A stretch of 64,000 nt of DNA from Rhodobacterales bacterium (GCA_038251625.1 JBBSBE010000007.1:992-64991); one strand, 5' to 3'; numbered from the stretch's first letter, positions 36,755 through 48,781 are shown. Translations and numbers: made by a program. The notes: generated by a model from the sequence alone, not told the origin.

Positions 36755-38180
36755 GCGTTTGCGCGGCCAAGGCGGCGGCGCCCTCGATCCCGAACAGGCT
36801 GAACACGCCCAGAACCATCGCCGCAGACATCGCAACCATCATCACCCAAGGGACAGTCGCCATGCGGGTATCAAGCGCCTCGACCTCTTTGCCGAAGTAC
36901 ATGTAGAACACGATCCGCAAGTAATAGAACGCGCCGATGACCGAGGCGATCACGCCCGCAATCGCAAGCCAGGACATGTCTGCCGCCACGGCGGCATTCA
37001 GCACCGAAAATTTGGCAAAGAAGCCCAGCATCGGCGGCACACCGGCAAGGCTGAACATCAGGACCAAGAGCGCCATCGCCTGTAACGGCGCCGTCTTCGA
37101 CAGCATGTTGAGGCTGGCAATATCCGTCACCGCGCGCCCGTCCCGCTCCATCGACAAGATGAAGGCGAAGGTGCCGACGTTCATGGCGACATAGATCGCC
37201 ATGTAAAGCAGCATCGCCTCGACCCCCACTGCGGTGCCCGCCGCAAGGCCGATCAGCGCAAATCCCATGTGCGCGATAGATGAATAGGCCATCAGTCGCT
37301 TGATATCCCGCTGCCCGATGGCCGCGATGGCCCCGAGGAACATCGAGGCCACGGCCAGCGCGGCGATCACTTGCCCCCAATCGCCGGGGATGGCACCGAA
37401 GGCATCGAACATCACGCGCGCAAAAAGCGCCATCGCCGCAACCTTGGGCGCGGTAGCAAGAAAAGCCGTGACTGGCGTCGGCGCGCCTTCGTACACATCC
37501 GGCGTCCACATGTGGAACGGCGCGGCCGATACCTTGAAGGCAAGGCCCGAGATCAAGAAGACAAGGCCGAACAGAAGCCCCAGCGGTACCTCACCCCCAA
37601 GCGTGGACAGGATGCCCGCAAACTGCGTTGTGCCCGCATAGCCATAGGTGAGCGACGCACCGTACAGCAAAAGGCCCGACGACAGGGCGCCCAGCACGAA
37701 ATACTTCAGCCCGGCCTCGGTCGATTTCGCGTGGTCACGCCGGATCGCCGCCACAACGTAAAGCGCCAGCGACTGCAGTTCCAACCCCATGTAAAGCAGG
37801 ATCAGATCGCCCGATGACACCATCACCATCATGCCCAGCACCGCAAGGGCCACAAGGATCGGATACTCAAAGCGCAGCAAATCCCGCCGCGCCATGAAGT
37901 CTTCTGACACGACCAGAACGGCGGCAGCCGACAGCAGGATCATCACCTTGGCAAAGCGCGCGAAAGGATCGTCGATGAACATGCCGCCAAAGGCCGCGCG
38001 CTCACCGCCGCCGCCCACGCCGATCCAGGCCGCAAGCAGCACGAACAGCGCCGCCGTCGCCCAGAGGATCAGCGACGCCGCGCCATCCTTGATCGTATAG
38101 ACACCCGCCATCAGGGCCCCCATGGCGAAGATGGCCAGAACGAATTCGGGCAGGGCGGTGGTGAAATCGGCAGGGGTCAT
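36744..38180 (-). CDS. nuoN: NADH-quinone oxidoreductase subunit N
   Basis: 478-aa polytopic ORF, the last gene of the nuo series, with antiporter-like repeats (..[21 protein letters not shown]..). Confidence 0.92.
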   Translation of the reverse strand: MTPADFTTALPEFVLAIFAMGALMAGVYTIKDGAASLILWATAALFVLLAAWIGVGGGGERAAFGGMFIDDPFARFAKVMILLSAAAVLVVSEDFMARRDLLRFEYPILVALAVLGMMVMVSSGDLILLYMGLELQSLALYVVAAIRRDHAKSTEAGLKYFVLGALSSGLLLYGASLTYGYAGTTQFAGILSTLGGEVPLGLLFGLVFLISGLAFKVSAAPFHMWTPDVYEGAPTPVTAFLATAPKVAAMALFARVMFDAFGAIPGDWGQVIAALAVASMFLGAIAAIGQRDIKRLMAYSSIAHMGFALIGLAAGTAVGVEAMLLYMAIYVAMNVGTFAFILSMERDGRAVTDIASLNMLSKTAPLQAMALLVLMFSLAGVPPMLGFFAKFSVLNAAVAADMSWLAIAGVIASVIGAFYYLRIVFYMYFGKEVEALDTRMATVPWVMMVAMSAAMVLGVFSLFGIEGAAALAAQTLVR

Positions 38181-38195
38181 CGCGTCCGTCCTATC

Positions 38196-39737
38196 TCAGT
38201 TCTGCACGACTTGTGCGGCCGCGCGCGCCGCCTCGATTGCCGCGTCGTGGTTGGTCACCATCGCGGCCACCGAGGGGCCGATGATATCGGTCACCGCTGC
38301 CGGATAGATGCCAAGATACAGCGTCATGATCACCAGCGGGATCAGGATCGCCGTTTCCCGCCTGTCCATATCAAGGATCGACTTCAGCGCCTCTTTGATC
38401 AGATCGCCGAAGATAACCCGGCGATAAAGCCACAGCGCATAGGCCGGCGACAGGATCACCCCCGTGGCCGCCACCGCCGCGACCCAGGTATTCACCTGGA
38501 AGGTGCCGATCATCGCCAGAAACTCGCCCACGAACCCGCTTGTCCCCGGCAGACCCACGTTGGCAAGCGTGAAATACATGAAGAACAGCGCATAGGCCGG
38601 CATCCGGATCACGAGGCCGCCATAGGCATCGATCTCGCGCGTGTGCATCCGGTCATAGATCACACCCACGCAAAAGAAGAGCGCGCCGGAAATCAGGCCG
38701 TGGCTGATCATCTGGAAAATGGCGCCGTCTATGCCCTGCTGGTTGGCGGCAAAGATGCCCATGGTCACGAACCCCATGTGGGCCACGGACCAGTATGCGA
38801 TCAGCTTCTTCATATCCTCCTGCGCCAGGGCGACGAAGGACGTATAGACCACCGCGATCGCCGAAAGCCAAAGGCAGAACAGCGAAAGATGATCCGCCGC
38901 CACCGGGAACATCGGCAGGTTGAAACGCAGGAAACCGTAGCCCCCCATCTTCAAAAGCACGGCCGCCAGCACCATGGACCCCGCGGTCGGTGCCTGCACG
39001 TGGGCATCTGGCAGCCAGGTGTGCACCGGCCACATCGGCATCTTCACGGCAAAAGAGGCGAAGAACGCAAGGAACAGCAGCGTCTGGAACCCACCCACAA
39101 TGTGGAAACCCGCAATCGTCAACGTCTCGGACGAAAAGGTATGGTTCAGAAGCTGCACCATATCGGTGGTGCCTGCATCCACATACATCGCAATCATCGC
39201 GACCAGCATCAGCACCGAACCAAGGAAGGTGTAGAGGAAGAACTTGAACGCCGCATAGATCCGGTCCTTCCCGCCCCAGATGCCGATGATCAGGAACATC
39301 GGGATCAGCCCCGCCTCGAAGAAGAGGTAGAACAGCACGAGGTCTAGCGCGCAGAAAACGCCCAGCATCAGCGTTTCCAGCATCAGGAAGGCGATCATGT
39401 ATTCCTTGACGCGATGTTCCACCGTCCAGCAGGCGGCAACCGTAATCGGCATCAGGAACGTGGTCAGGATCAGCAGAAGCACCGAAATGCCATCCACGCC
39501 CATCTTGTACTTCAGCCCGAAGATCCAGTCGTATTCCTCGATGAACTGAAAGCCGGTGTCGGACGGGTCGAACTGGAACAGCACGAAAAGCGACACAAGG
39601 AATGTGGTCGTCGTGGCGATCAGCGCCACCCATTTTGCATTCCGCCCGGCCGCTGCGTCATCACCCCGCAGAAAGAGCGCCAGGATCGCCGCCGCCACAC
39701 CGGGCAGGAAGGTGATGATCGACAGAAGGTTTTCCAT
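38196..39737 (-). CDS. nuoM: NADH-quinone oxidoreductase subunit M
   Basis: ORF 38196..39854 trimmed to ATG 39737 ([12 protein letters not shown]..), a 1-nt overlap with the nuoL stop (TGATG). It has ..[26 protein letters not shown].. Confidence 0.92.
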   Translation of the reverse strand: MENLLSIITFLPGVAAAILALFLRGDDAAAGRNAKWVALIATTTTFLVSLFVLFQFDPSDTGFQFIEEYDWIFGLKYKMGVDGISVLLLILTTFLMPITVAACWTVEHRVKEYMIAFLMLETLMLGVFCALDLVLFYLFFEAGLIPMFLIIGIWGGKDRIYAAFKFFLYTFLGSVLMLVAMIAMYVDAGTTDMVQLLNHTFSSETLTIAGFHIVGGFQTLLFLAFFASFAVKMPMWPVHTWLPDAHVQAPTAGSMVLAAVLLKMGGYGFLRFNLPMFPVAADHLSLFCLWLSAIAVVYTSFVALAQEDMKKLIAYWSVAHMGFVTMGIFAANQQGIDGAIFQMISHGLISGALFFCVGVIYDRMHTREIDAYGGLVIRMPAYALFFMYFTLANVGLPGTSGFVGEFLAMIGTFQVNTWVAAVAATGVILSPAYALWLYRRVIFGDLIKEALKSILDMDRRETAILIPLVIMTLYLGIYPAAVTDIIGPSVAAMVTNHDAAIEAARAAAQVVQN

Positions 39738-41941
39738 CAGTAGCCTCCCGCCAGCGTGACCCAGGTGATCAGCGCCGCGATCCCCAGCACCATCGCGAAG
39801 GCATAGTGGAAGAGGTACCCCGACTGCACGCGTACCGCGGCCCTCGTCACCCACGGGATAAAGCCTAACGCCACGCCGTTGATCGTGCCGTCGATCACGT
39901 CGCCATCACCGCGCTTCCACAGGAACCGCGCGATCCACAGCGCGGGGCGGACGAACAGAAAGTCGTAGATCTCGTCGAAATACCACTTGTTGAGGAAGAA
40001 AAGGTAGACTGGCCAGAATGTCCTGGCCAGTTGGCCCGGCTGCTCGGGCCGCCGGATGTAGAACTGGAACGCCAGACCAAAGCCCAGAAGCATGGCCACG
40101 AAGGGCGAAACCTTCACCCACTCCGGTACGTCATGCGCTTCGTGGATGATGTGGTTGTCCGGGCCAAAGAAGATACCCCCCGACGGGGCCTTGCCGCCTT
40201 CGGCCGCCGCATGACCGGCTTCGGGTGCCGCCGCTTCGGTGGCAACGGCGGCGTGACCTTCGGCATCTGTGGCTGTTGGAGCGACGCCGCCGGTTTCAGG
40301 TGCTGCGGGGGCGGCGTGAGCCTCGGTGGTTGCCGCCGCGTCACCGGCGGTCGCACCATGGGCTGCGGCAGCCTCGCCATGCCCGCCCTCGGCCGCCATT
40401 TCCATGCCGAACCAACTGCGTACGGCTTCTTCCTTGCCGAAGAACACGTTGTACCAGATCATGCCCGAGAAGATCGCGCCAAGGCCCAGCAGTGCCAGCG
40501 GGATCAGCATCAGGCGCGGGCTTTCGTGCGGTTCCTGGTGATGATCGTGCCCATGCCCGTTTTGCCCATGGCCCCAACGCGGCGCGCCGTAGAACGTCAG
40601 AAACATGAGGCGCCAGCTATAAAAACTGGTCATGAAGGCCGCGATCACCAGCAGCCAGAAAGCGTAAGGCGCGCCCGCAAAGGCGCTCTCGATCACCGCA
40701 TCCTTCGACAGGAACCCGGCGAAGCCGATATGCGTCAGCGGAATGCCCACCCCGGTGATGGCCAGCGTGCCCACCATCATCGCGGCAAAGGTATAGGGGA
40801 TGTGCTTTCTCAGGCCCCCGTAGTTGCGCATGTCCTGTTCATGGTGCGTGGCATGGATCACCGAGCCTGCGCCAAGGAACAACATCGCCTTGAAGAACGC
40901 ATGGGTGAAAAGGTGGAACATCGCAACGGAATAGGCGCCCAGCCCGGCGGCCACGAACATGTAGCCAAGCTGCGAACAGGTGGAATAGGCGATCACGCGC
41001 TTGATGTCGGTCTGCACCAGACCGACGGTCGCTGCAAAAAAGGCTGTCACGGCCCCAAGGCCCGTGATGAAGGCCAGCGCGTTTGGCGCAAACTCCATGA
41101 TCGGCGACATACGGCACACAAGAAACACACCCGCCGTCACCATGGTCGCTGCATGGATCAGCGCGGAAACGGGCGTCGGGCCCTCCATCGCGTCGGGCAG
41201 CCAGGTGTGCAGGATCAACTGCGCCGATTTCCCCATCGCGCCCACGAACAGCAGGACCGAGATCACCTCTGCCGCGTTCCAGTCGCGCCAGAGAAAGCTC
41301 AGCGTCTCATTCGCCAGTTGCGGCCCCGCAGCAAAGATATCGTCGAAACGCACGCTATCGGTCATGTAGTAAAGGCCGAAAATCCCCAGCGCGAAGCCGA
41401 AATCCCCCACCCGGTTGACGATGAACGCCTTCATTGCCGCCGCATTGGCGCTGGCCTTGCGGTAGTAGAACCCGATCAGCAGATAGGACGCGACGCCCAC
41501 GCCTTCCCAGCCAAAGAAGATCTGGACAAGGTTATCCCCCGTCACCAGCATCAGCATCGCGAAGGTGAAGCCCGACAGATAGGCAAAGAAGCGCGCCTTG
41601 TAGTGCTCGCCCTCCTTCCAGTTGTCGTCATGCGCCATGTAGCCAAAGGAATAAAGGTGCACCAACGCCGAGACGGTGGTGACCACCACCAGCATGATCG
41701 CCGTCAACCGGTCCAGCCTGATGCCCCATTCGGTGAACAGGCTCCCGCTTTCGATCCAGCGCAGGATGGTGATGTGCTGGGTCACCCCGTCGAAGGTGAA
41801 GAAGACGATCCACGACAGGAAGGCCGCAAGGAACAACAGGCCCGTGGCAATCACCTGCCCCGCCGTCTCGCCAAAGAACCGCCAGCCAAAGCCGCAGATC
41901 AGCGCGCCGAACATCGGCGCGAAAAGGATGATCGTGGTCAT
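39737..41941 (-). CDS. nuoL: NADH-quinone oxidoreductase subunit L (with Ala/His/Glu-rich insertion)
   Basis: 734-aa ORF with ..[17 protein letters not shown].. and ..[28 protein letters not shown].. Confidence 0.92.
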   Translation of the reverse strand: MTTIILFAPMFGALICGFGWRFFGETAGQVIATGLLFLAAFLSWIVFFTFDGVTQHITILRWIESGSLFTEWGIRLDRLTAIMLVVVTTVSALVHLYSFGYMAHDDNWKEGEHYKARFFAYLSGFTFAMLMLVTGDNLVQIFFGWEGVGVASYLLIGFYYRKASANAAAMKAFIVNRVGDFGFALGIFGLYYMTDSVRFDDIFAAGPQLANETLSFLWRDWNAAEVISVLLFVGAMGKSAQLILHTWLPDAMEGPTPVSALIHAATMVTAGVFLVCRMSPIMEFAPNALAFITGLGAVTAFFAATVGLVQTDIKRVIAYSTCSQLGYMFVAAGLGAYSVAMFHLFTHAFFKAMLFLGAGSVIHATHHEQDMRNYGGLRKHIPYTFAAMMVGTLAITGVGIPLTHIGFAGFLSKDAVIESAFAGAPYAFWLLVIAAFMTSFYSWRLMFLTFYGAPRWGHGQNGHGHDHHQEPHESPRLMLIPLALLGLGAIFSGMIWYNVFFGKEEAVRSWFGMEMAAEGGHGEAAAAHGATAGDAAATTEAHAAPAAPETGGVAPTATDAEGHAAVATEAAAPEAGHAAAEGGKAPSGGIFFGPDNHIIHEAHDVPEWVKVSPFVAMLLGFGLAFQFYIRRPEQPGQLARTFWPVYLFFLNKWYFDEIYDFLFVRPALWIARFLWKRGDGDVIDGTINGVALGFIPWVTRAAVRVQSGYLFHYAFAMVLGIAALITWVTLAGGY

Positions 41942-41945
41942 GCGC

Positions 41946-42257
41946 TCAGCCCTTCATCACATTCACGTCTTCCACGTCGATGGTCCCCCGCGTGCGGAAG
42001 AAAACAACGAGGATGGCAAGGCCGATGGCGGCCTCGGCGGCGGCAACGGTGAGGACGAACATGGTGAACACCTGCCCCACCAGATCACCCGAAAAGGCGC
42101 TGAACGCCACGAGGTTGATGTTGACTGCAAGCAGCATCAGCTCGATCGACATCAGGATCACGATCACATTCTTCCGGTTCAGGAAGATGCCGAAAATCCC
42201 GATCACGAACAGCGCCGCCGCCACCGCGAGGTAATGTTCCAGTCCCACCGTCTGCAT
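41946..42257 (-). CDS. nuoK: NADH-quinone oxidoreductase subunit K
   Basis: ORF 41946..42320 trimmed to ATG 42257 ([46 protein letters not shown]..). Confidence 0.9.
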   Translation of the reverse strand: MQTVGLEHYLAVAAALFVIGIFGIFLNRKNVIVILMSIELMLLAVNINLVAFSAFSGDLVGQVFTMFVLTVAAAEAAIGLAILVVFFRTRGTIDVEDVNVMKG

Positions 42258-42321
42258 CGTTCCCTCGCCCGGGTTTCCCCGTTCTACAATGCGTGCTCGC
42301 ACGCAGCCTACCTTCACCAAT

Positions 42322-42897
42322 TCACTCTACAGCGCCCACACTCTCTGGGTAGAAAAGCTTGCAACCACAGTTGGCCGGATATTTCTGCCAAAGCCAAAAC
42401 GCGCCAAGCCCATTCGGATCGTTGTCTGACTCGCTCTTGACATAGGAAATCAAGTTGTGCGCAAGTGCTTGCTTGGCCAAAGAATCTACACTGTCAGTGC
42501 GGCTTGCCCTGATCGGGCCATTCGGCGGCTGGATTTCTGAAACGCTCTCATGGATATACCCACCAACCATCGCCGCACTTTCTGTTTGCGTTCCCTTGAT
42601 GGCGATGGCTTTGCCGGTTTCACATTCAGTAAACACAAGCCATTCGACAGTTGTACACCCGGACCCATAAATCACTCTTTGGGCGACGCGCCCATCGCCC
42701 CTATCGTAGGCTTTACCCTCACTCAGTTTATCACGGCCAAACTCACCCGCCTCAGTATCAGCATTCGTGAAGCTGCAATCTCGCATACGAGTCATCGGGT
42801 TATTGAAAAAGTCCCTTGTCTGGGAACAGGCGAGCCCCTGATCTGGCCAAACCGCCAGCCAAAGCAGGACGGCACCTATGCCGAACTCTACCCGCAT
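42322..42897 (-). CDS. Hypothetical Cys-rich exported protein; lower-GC insert between nuoJ and nuoK
   Basis: C-terminal 191 codons of track ORF 42322..43617. ATG 42897 overlaps the nuoJ stop by 1 nt (TGATG). It reads [26 protein letters not shown].. with 8 Cys. My hand count gives 320 G+C in 600 nt (53%) for 42301-42900. Many codons end in A or T (GAT, AAT, TAT, GGT, AGT, AAA, GAA), unlike the neighbours. Confidence 0.65.
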   Translation of the reverse strand: MRVEFGIGAVLLWLAVWPDQGLACSQTRDFFNNPMTRMRDCSFTNADTEAGEFGRDKLSEGKAYDRGDGRVAQRVIYGSGCTTVEWLVFTECETGKAIAIKGTQTESAAMVGGYIHESVSEIQPPNGPIRASRTDSVDSLAKQALAHNLISYVKSESDNDPNGLGAFWLWQKYPANCGCKLFYPESVGAVE

Positions 42898-43511
42898 CAC
42901 AACCCCTGCCCCGGCTTCACGTCCTTCAATTCCATCGCCTTGCCCGGATCGCGCCACATCTGATGCAGAACGTTCTGGCGCTTGATGTCCTTTCGGTGCC
43001 GCAGCGTCAAAAGGATCGCGCCGATCATGGCCACCAGCAGGATCATGCCCGCCAGTTGAAAGAGCAGCAGATACTTGTCGTAGATCAGCAACCCTAGGGC
43101 GCGTGTGTTCTCGATTTGCGCCGCATCCGGCGCCACGGCCCCGCGCAGCGCGGGCGCGCCCTCGGCCTCTTGCCACGCGCCCAAGGCGAGGCCGAACTGC
43201 ATCAGGATCACCACCCCGATCAGCAGGGCCATCGGCATGTAGCGCGCCATCTCGCCCTTCAACTCGGCAAAGTCCACGTCCAGCATCATGACGACGAAGA
43301 GAAACAGAACCGCGACGGCGCCGACATAGACGATGATCAGAAGCATCGCCACGAATTCGGCCCCCAGAAGCACGAAAAGCCCGGCGGAGGAGATGAAGGC
43401 GAGGATCAGCCACAGCACCGAATGCACCGGGTTGCGGCTGACCGTCATCAGCAATCCTGCCGTCACGGCGGTGATCCCGAAGGCATAGAAGGCAAGCGCG
43501 GATACGGTCAT
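42897..43511 (-). CDS. nuoJ: NADH-quinone oxidoreductase subunit J
   Basis: 204-aa ORF reading [39 protein letters not shown].. Confidence 0.9.
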   Translation of the reverse strand: MTVSALAFYAFGITAVTAGLLMTVSRNPVHSVLWLILAFISSAGLFVLLGAEFVAMLLIIVYVGAVAVLFLFVVMMLDVDFAELKGEMARYMPMALLIGVVILMQFGLALGAWQEAEGAPALRGAVAPDAAQIENTRALGLLIYDKYLLLFQLAGMILLVAMIGAILLTLRHRKDIKRQNVLHQMWRDPGKAMELKDVKPGQGL

Positions 43512-43918
43512 TCCGGTTTCTCCTCGGTCTCGGCGAACACACCTTGCGCGATCTCCAGCGCCTTTTGCATCGCGGGGAGGCCGCCGAACATCGACATCTG
43601 ATAGATCGTCTCGGCAATCTCGCGCTGCGTGGCGCCTGCCTCCAACGCGTGGCGGACTGAAAGGCGCAACTGCGGCTCGGCCTGCGCCCCCAGAACCGTC
43701 AGCGCGGCGATGGTCACCAGCATCCGGGTTTTCGCGTCAAGGCCATCCCGGTTGAAGGTGCGGCCAAAGGCCATCTCCATGAAATCCTTCGACATCGTGG
43801 GGATCATGTTCTCGAACCCCGTCACCCGGAACGTCTCCAACGCAGGGTTGAAGGCGCGCGCCATCTGCTGGCTTTGCTCCATCATGCCTTGCATCATCTT
43901 GGCGAAAGCGTCGGTCAT
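43508..43918 (-). CDS. Carboxymuconolactone decarboxylase (AhpD-like) family protein, nuo-operon URF
   Basis: ORF 43508..44071 trimmed to ATG 43918 ([17 protein letters not shown]..). The block ..[56 protein letters not shown] is typical of the CMD fold. It has a 4-nt overlap with the nuoJ start. Confidence 0.7.
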   Translation of the reverse strand: MTDAFAKMMQGMMEQSQQMARAFNPALETFRVTGFENMIPTMSKDFMEMAFGRTFNRDGLDAKTRMLVTIAALTVLGAQAEPQLRLSVRHALEAGATQREIAETIYQMSMFGGLPAMQKALEIAQGVFAETEEKPE

Positions 43919-43922
43919 ATGC

Positions 43923-44417
43923 TCACCGGTAGGGCGCGTCGATTTCAAGGTTGCGGGCAATCTCGGCCTCCCAGCGGTCGCCGTTCGCCAAAAGCTTGTC
44001 CTTGTTGTAGAACAGCTCTTCCCGCGTTTCGGTCGAAAACTCGAAGTTCGGGCCTTCCACGATGGCATCAACCGGGCACGCCTCCTGGCAGAAGCCGCAG
44101 TAGATGCACTTCGTCATGTCGATGTCATAGCGGGTGGTGCGGCGGCTGCCGTCATCGCGGGGTTCGGCGTCGATGGTGATGGCTTGCGCAGGGCAGATCG
44201 CCTCGCACAGCTTGCAGGCAATGCAGCGTTCCTCGCCGCTGGGATACCGGCGCAGCGCGTGCTCACCCCGGAAGCGGGGGGAAAGCGGGCCCTTTTCGTG
44301 TGGGTAGTTGAGCGTGGCCTTGGGCGCGAAGAAGTACTTCATCCCAAGCGCAAAACCCTTGAAGAAATCCTGCAGCAGGAAATAGCGGGTCGCGCGGTTC
44401 CAGTCGATGTTGCTCAT
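43923..44417 (-). CDS. nuoI: NADH-quinone oxidoreductase subunit I (2x[4Fe-4S])
   Basis: 164-aa ORF with [12 protein letters not shown] and [12 protein letters not shown] ferredoxin motifs. Confidence 0.93.
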   Translation of the reverse strand: MSNIDWNRATRYFLLQDFFKGFALGMKYFFAPKATLNYPHEKGPLSPRFRGEHALRRYPSGEERCIACKLCEAICPAQAITIDAEPRDDGSRRTTRYDIDMTKCIYCGFCQEACPVDAIVEGPNFEFSTETREELFYNKDKLLANGDRWEAEIARNLEIDAPYR

Positions 44418-44626
44418 CCCTCGATCCCCAGCTTCGTTTCAATGTGTTCGACCCGCCCGTCGATGTCGTGCAGGTATCTTCCCAGCGCGACAAGGATACC
44501 GGTATTCCCATCCACCTTCGCCTCAAGATCGTCGATCCGGCCCGCCAGCTTTTCATCGAGCTTGTGGATGTCCGACCTGATCAGCCGTGATTGCTCGAGC
44601 ACGATGTTGTCCACGTTCTCAGCCAT
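44414..44626 (-). CDS. Hypothetical 70-aa coiled-coil-like protein, nuo-operon URF between nuoH and nuoI
   Basis: [46 protein letters not shown].. It starts 1 nt after the nuoH stop and overlaps the nuoI start by 4 nt. There is no TM segment. Confidence 0.5.
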   Translation of the reverse strand: MAENVDNIVLEQSRLIRSDIHKLDEKLAGRIDDLEAKVDGNTGILVALGRYLHDIDGRVEHIETKLGIEG

Positions 44627-44627
44627 C

Positions 44628-45665
44628 TCACCCCCCCATTGTCCAGCGCGCCCAGAAGCCGCCGAACACCTCGAATTTCGCCAGAAATGCCACGATCACC
44701 ACCCAGCCGATCGACATCGGCAGGAAGACCTTCCAGCCGATCCGCATCAGTTGGTCATAGCGGTAGCGGGGCACGATGGCCTTCACCATCGCGAAGAGGA
44801 AGAAGAAGAACGCCATCTTCGCGACCATCCACAAGGCACCATCCGGCAGGCCGGGGATGGGCGACAGCCAGCCGCCGAAAAAGAGCAGGCTCATCAGCGC
44901 GCACATCAGGAAGATCGCGATGTATTCGCCCGCCATGAATAAAAGGTAGGGGGTCGAGGAATATTCCACCATGAACCCCGCCACCAGTTCGGACTCGGCC
45001 TCCGGCAGATCGAAAGGCGGGCGGTTCGTCTCGGCCAAGGCGCTGATGAAGAACAGGAACACCATTGGCAAATGCGGCAGCCAGTACCAGTTGAAGAGGC
45101 CGAAATCGCCATCCTGCGCCGCGACAATGGCGCCGAAGTTCATGCTGCCGGTCGAGATGATGATGCCGATGATGATCAGGCCCAGCGACACCTCGTAGGA
45201 AATCATCTGCGCCGCCGACCGCAGGGACCCAAGGAACGGGTACTTCGAGTTCGAGGCCCAGCCCCCCATGATCACCCCGTACACCTCAAGCGAGGAGACG
45301 GCGAAAACGAAAAGGATCGCCACGTTGATATCCGACAGCACCCAGCCATCCGAAAACGGGATCACCGCCCAGGCCAGCACCGCGAGCACGAAAGACAGCA
45401 TCGGAGCAAGGAAGAACACCGGGCGGTCCGCCCCTGCGGGGACCACGATTTCCTTCACCACGTATTTCAGCGCGTCAGCCACCGTCTGCAACAGGCCCCA
45501 GGCACCCACCACGTTCGGGCCGCGCCGCATCTGCACGGCGGCCCAGATCTTGCGGTCACCATAGACAAGGAACAGCAGGCTGATCATCACGAAGCCGATG
45601 ACCAACAGGCTTTGCGCCGCGATCAAGAGCGCGATGCCCGCCCCCGTCTGCATGAAATCACCCAT
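44628..45665 (-). CDS. nuoH: NADH-quinone oxidoreductase subunit H
   Basis: 345-aa ORF with ..[18 protein letters not shown].., ..[20 protein letters not shown].. and ..PRYRYDQLM.. Confidence 0.93.
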   Translation of the reverse strand: MGDFMQTGAGIALLIAAQSLLVIGFVMISLLFLVYGDRKIWAAVQMRRGPNVVGAWGLLQTVADALKYVVKEIVVPAGADRPVFFLAPMLSFVLAVLAWAVIPFSDGWVLSDINVAILFVFAVSSLEVYGVIMGGWASNSKYPFLGSLRSAAQMISYEVSLGLIIIGIIISTGSMNFGAIVAAQDGDFGLFNWYWLPHLPMVFLFFISALAETNRPPFDLPEAESELVAGFMVEYSSTPYLLFMAGEYIAIFLMCALMSLLFFGGWLSPIPGLPDGALWMVAKMAFFFFLFAMVKAIVPRYRYDQLMRIGWKVFLPMSIGWVVIVAFLAKFEVFGGFWARWTMGG

Positions 45666-45680
45666 GATCCCTCGCGTCCT

Positions 45681-46085
45681 TCAAACCGTCGGTATGCCCT
45701 GCTCGCCGCAATCGCGCACCACAACCTCGGCGTCGATCGTCTTTACGCCGCGGGGCAGCGCCGCCGAGATGGTGTAAACCGCATCCCCGCGCCAAATGCC
45801 ACCGCTTTCCGCCACGGTTGTGCGCACATGCCGCGCAAAACCGAAACCCCGGATCAGCGCATACTGCGCGGCAGCGCAGCGTGCGTAGGCATCCACGTCC
45901 TCCCGGCTGCGCGCGCCACGCATCGCCACGCGGAAATTCACCAGATCGCCATCCAGCAGCAGCGTCTCGATCCCGTTGTAGCGGGGTGCAAACGCCCCCC
46001 GTCCCGCCACGCCGTCCACCGGACCGCAGGCAACCGCCCCGGCCAGAAGCGGGGTGGCAAGGGCGAGGCGCGCCATGCGGATCAC
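45681..46085 (-). CDS. Hypothetical lipoprotein, nuo-operon URF between nuoG and nuoH
   Basis: 134-aa ORF with signal/lipobox-like [20 protein letters not shown]. It overlaps the nuoG stop by 4 nt. Confidence 0.55.
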   Translation of the reverse strand: MIRMARLALATPLLAGAVACGPVDGVAGRGAFAPRYNGIETLLLDGDLVNFRVAMRGARSREDVDAYARCAAAQYALIRGFGFARHVRTTVAESGGIWRGDAVYTISAALPRGVKTIDAEVVVRDCGEQGIPTV

Positions 46086-48100
46086 TCCGCCGCCAGTGGC
46101 GCTTGGGTCCGCGAGGCTGCCAGCCGTGACAATTCGCCCATCAGCGCCGAGGCGCGGGCGATGGGGTTGGTCAGGTAGAAATCGGAGATGGCGGTCTCAA
46201 AGGCGCCGCTCCCCAAGTCGCCCGCCGCGACCGGCATCCATTCGTTCGCCGCGACCTCGTCGATGCGCCCCAGATGCGGATGATCCTTGACCAGCGCGCG
46301 CCGCAGGGCGGCAAGGCTGTCCCACGGCAGGGTCTTGCCCAGTTCGGCAGACAGCGCGCGCAGGATGGCCCAGTTCTCCTTGGCCTCACCCGGCGCGAAA
46401 CTCGCACGGAAGGCCAGTTGCGGGCGCCCTTCGGTATTGACGAAAAGGCCGTTCTCTTCCACCCACGTCGCCCCCGGCAGGATGATATCCGCCCGGTGCG
46501 CGCCCTTGTCGCCGTGGCTGCCCTGGTAGATCACGACCGGACCCGCCGGGATGTCCACTTCGTCGGCACCAAGTGAATAGATAACCTCTGCAGCGTCCAG
46601 CGCGTCAGAAACCCCGCCTTCGGTTGTGGCGCCCACGTCCATCGCGCCCACGCGCGCGGCGGCTGTGTGCAGCAACAGGATGCCGGCATCGGTCATCGCG
46701 CCGGCCTTCCGGGCCAGTGCAAGTACGGCGCCGCCATCGGCGCCCGTCAGCGCACCCTGCCCGACAATCACCAGCGTCTTCTTGCCTGCCAGACCCGCAA
46801 CATCCTGCTTCAAAAGCGATTCCAGCGCCGCCCGATCCGTGCCGACATGGGTGTAGTCATAGGTCAGGTCAGCCGCCTGACCGACCAGCCCAATCATGGC
46901 GCCCTGCGTCCATGCCTTGCGAATCCGCGCGTTCAGGACCGGCGCCTCGACACGGGGGTTGGTGCCGACAAGCAAGATCGCCGCCGCGCTGTCGATATCG
47001 GCAATCGTTGCCGTTCCCACATAGCCCGACCGGTTCCCCGCAGGCAGCGCCGCACCGTCGGTGCGGCATTCAACCTTGCCGCCCATCCCCTCGACCAGCG
47101 CCTTCAGCGAATAGACCGCCTCGACCGGGGCCAAGTCCCCGATGATCCCGGCCACCCGGTGGCCCTTCATCGCCGCCGCCGCCGCCGCCAGCGCCTTGGG
47201 CCAGGTAGCCTTTTGCAGCTTGCCGTTCACCCGCAGATAGGGCGTATCCAGCCGCTGCCGCCGCAGGCCGTCCCAGACGAACCGGGTCTTGTCTGAAATC
47301 CATTCCTCGTTCACGCCGTCATGGTTGCGCGGCAGGATGCGCATCACTTCGCGCCCCTTGGTATCGACGCGGATGTTCGACCCCAGCGCATCCATCACGT
47401 CGATCGTCTCGGTCTTGGTCAACTCCCAGGGCCGCGCGGTAAAGGCATAGGGCTTCGAGGTCAGCGCGCCCACCGGGCAAAGGTCGATGATGTTGCCCTG
47501 AAGGTTGGAGGAAAGCGTCTCGTTCAGATAACTTGTGATTTCGGCATCCTCGCCGCGCCCTGTTTGGCCCATCTGATGGATACCCGCCACTTCGGTGGTG
47601 AACCGCACGCAACGGGTGCAAGAGATGCAGCGCGTCATGTGCGTCTCGACCAAAGGCCCCAGGTCGAGGTCATCGCTGGCCCGCTTCGGCTCGCGGTAGC
47701 GGCTGAAATCCACGCCATAGGCCATCGCCTGATCCTGCAGATCGCATTCGCCGCCCTGATCGCAGATCGGGCAGTCAAGCGGGTGGTTGATGAGCAGGAA
47801 CTCCATCACCCCCTCACGCGCCTTCTTGACCATGGGGGAGTTGGTCTTGACCAGCGGCGGCTCGCCGTCCTTGCCGGGCCGCAGGTCCCGCACCTGCATC
47901 GCACAGGATGCCGCAGGTTTCGGCGGCCCGCCCACCACCTCGACCAGACACATCCGGCAGTTGCCCGCGATCGTCAGCCGCTCGTGATAGCAAAAGCGGG
48001 GGATCTCGACCCCTGCGACCTCGGCCGCCTGAATGATCGTCATCGCGCCATCCACCTCGACGATATTGCCGTCGATATTGATCTTCTTGAGGTCAGACAT
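46082..48100 (-). CDS. nuoG: NADH-quinone oxidoreductase subunit G (75-kDa Fe-S subunit)
   Basis: 672-aa ORF with N-terminal 2Fe-2S/4Fe-4S motifs (..[20 protein letters not shown].., ..[14 protein letters not shown].., [10 protein letters not shown], ..[10 protein letters not shown]). Confidence 0.93.
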   Translation of the reverse strand: MSDLKKINIDGNIVEVDGAMTIIQAAEVAGVEIPRFCYHERLTIAGNCRMCLVEVVGGPPKPAASCAMQVRDLRPGKDGEPPLVKTNSPMVKKAREGVMEFLLINHPLDCPICDQGGECDLQDQAMAYGVDFSRYREPKRASDDLDLGPLVETHMTRCISCTRCVRFTTEVAGIHQMGQTGRGEDAEITSYLNETLSSNLQGNIIDLCPVGALTSKPYAFTARPWELTKTETIDVMDALGSNIRVDTKGREVMRILPRNHDGVNEEWISDKTRFVWDGLRRQRLDTPYLRVNGKLQKATWPKALAAAAAAMKGHRVAGIIGDLAPVEAVYSLKALVEGMGGKVECRTDGAALPAGNRSGYVGTATIADIDSAAAILLVGTNPRVEAPVLNARIRKAWTQGAMIGLVGQAADLTYDYTHVGTDRAALESLLKQDVAGLAGKKTLVIVGQGALTGADGGAVLALARKAGAMTDAGILLLHTAAARVGAMDVGATTEGGVSDALDAAEVIYSLGADEVDIPAGPVVIYQGSHGDKGAHRADIILPGATWVEENGLFVNTEGRPQLAFRASFAPGEAKENWAILRALSAELGKTLPWDSLAALRRALVKDHPHLGRIDEVAANEWMPVAAGDLGSGAFETAISDFYLTNPIARASALMGELSRLAASRTQAPLAAE

Positions 48101-48272
48101 GCCGCGCTTCCTTCCGTCGTACCAAGGCCCACACCCCGCGCAACCGGGCCATCAGCCCCGGTGCCAGCGGCGCATCAGCCGTTTTTTCCGCTTCGGCGAA
48201 ATGTGCCAACGGCTTTAGCCGGGCGTCCATCTCACGCATCAGATGCTTTGGGTCGAGGCTGCCATAACACAT
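48093..48272 (-). CDS. Possible small ORF (about 59 aa) immediately upstream of nuoG
   Basis: Track ORF 48093..48314 trimmed to the internal Met ([30 protein letters not shown]..), which starts just after the DUF3291 stop. It overlaps the nuoG start by 8 nt. No family recognised; weak support. Confidence 0.3.
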   Translation of the reverse strand: MCYGSLDPKHLMREMDARLKPLAHFAEAEKTADAPLAPGLMARLRGVWALVRRKEARHV

Positions 48273-48277
48273 CGCGT

Positions 48278-48781
48278 TCACTCCGCCGCATGGTCGCAAC
48301 CGTGGGTCTTCCACGCCTGCGCTTGTGTCAGATACGCCCAGCCAAAGGCATGGTCGCTGTCGCCTTGCGCTTCAAGATGCCGGAACCGTTCCACTGCTTC
48401 GGTGACGCCGGGGCGATGCCCCACGGGCACCCACCACATCGCAAAACGAAGGGTTTCGACCGCATCATACCATTCCGCCCGGCGCTCGTAGAACTGCCGG
48501 TGGACGGTCTGCCAGACGAACCGCTCCAAAGATGCCACATCCTGCCAGACCGACAGGGTCGAGGCCAGTCGCAGGTTGCCGCCCAGCGGCCCCGCAGGAT
48601 CGCGCTGCGCATGGTCCATCTCGTCATCGCTCATGCGCCAGACGAATCCGGGGCTGCGCGCTGCCACGCCGTTCACAAGGTCAAGCCCGTCCACAAACCC
48701 CTTCACGCGCGGATCATCCCAGTCGTGCCGCAGCACGCCAAGGTTGAACTCTGCAAGATGATGGCCGGCTGGCTGGATCAT
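48278..48781 (-). CDS. DUF3291-like protein (copy 1), nuo-operon URF
   Basis: ORF 48278..48799 trimmed to MIQPAGHHLAEFNLGVLRHDWDDPRVKGFVDGLDLVNG..PGFVWRM..FVWQTVHRQFYERRAEW..MWWVP.GHRP. It is a paralogue of the adjacent gene. Confidence 0.65.
   Translation of the reverse strand: MIQPAGHHLAEFNLGVLRHDWDDPRVKGFVDGLDLVNGVAARSPGFVWRMSDDEMDHAQRDPAGPLGGNLRLASTLSVWQDVASLERFVWQTVHRQFYERRAEWYDAVETLRFAMWWVPVGHRPGVTEAVERFRHLEAQGDSDHAFGWAYLTQAQAWKTHGCDHAAE

Noticed and set aside
40031-42052. 673-aa ORF antisense to nuoL/nuoK
   Set aside because: Shadow ORF. It is Arg/His/Gly-rich and overlaps conserved nuo genes on the other strand.
42322-43617. Reading the 431-aa track ORF as one gene
   Set aside because: Its upstream 240 codons overlap nuoJ in another frame and are Arg/Gly/Pro-rich noise. 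Only the part from ATG 42897 (MRVEFG..) looks like a real protein, and it abuts the nuoJ stop.
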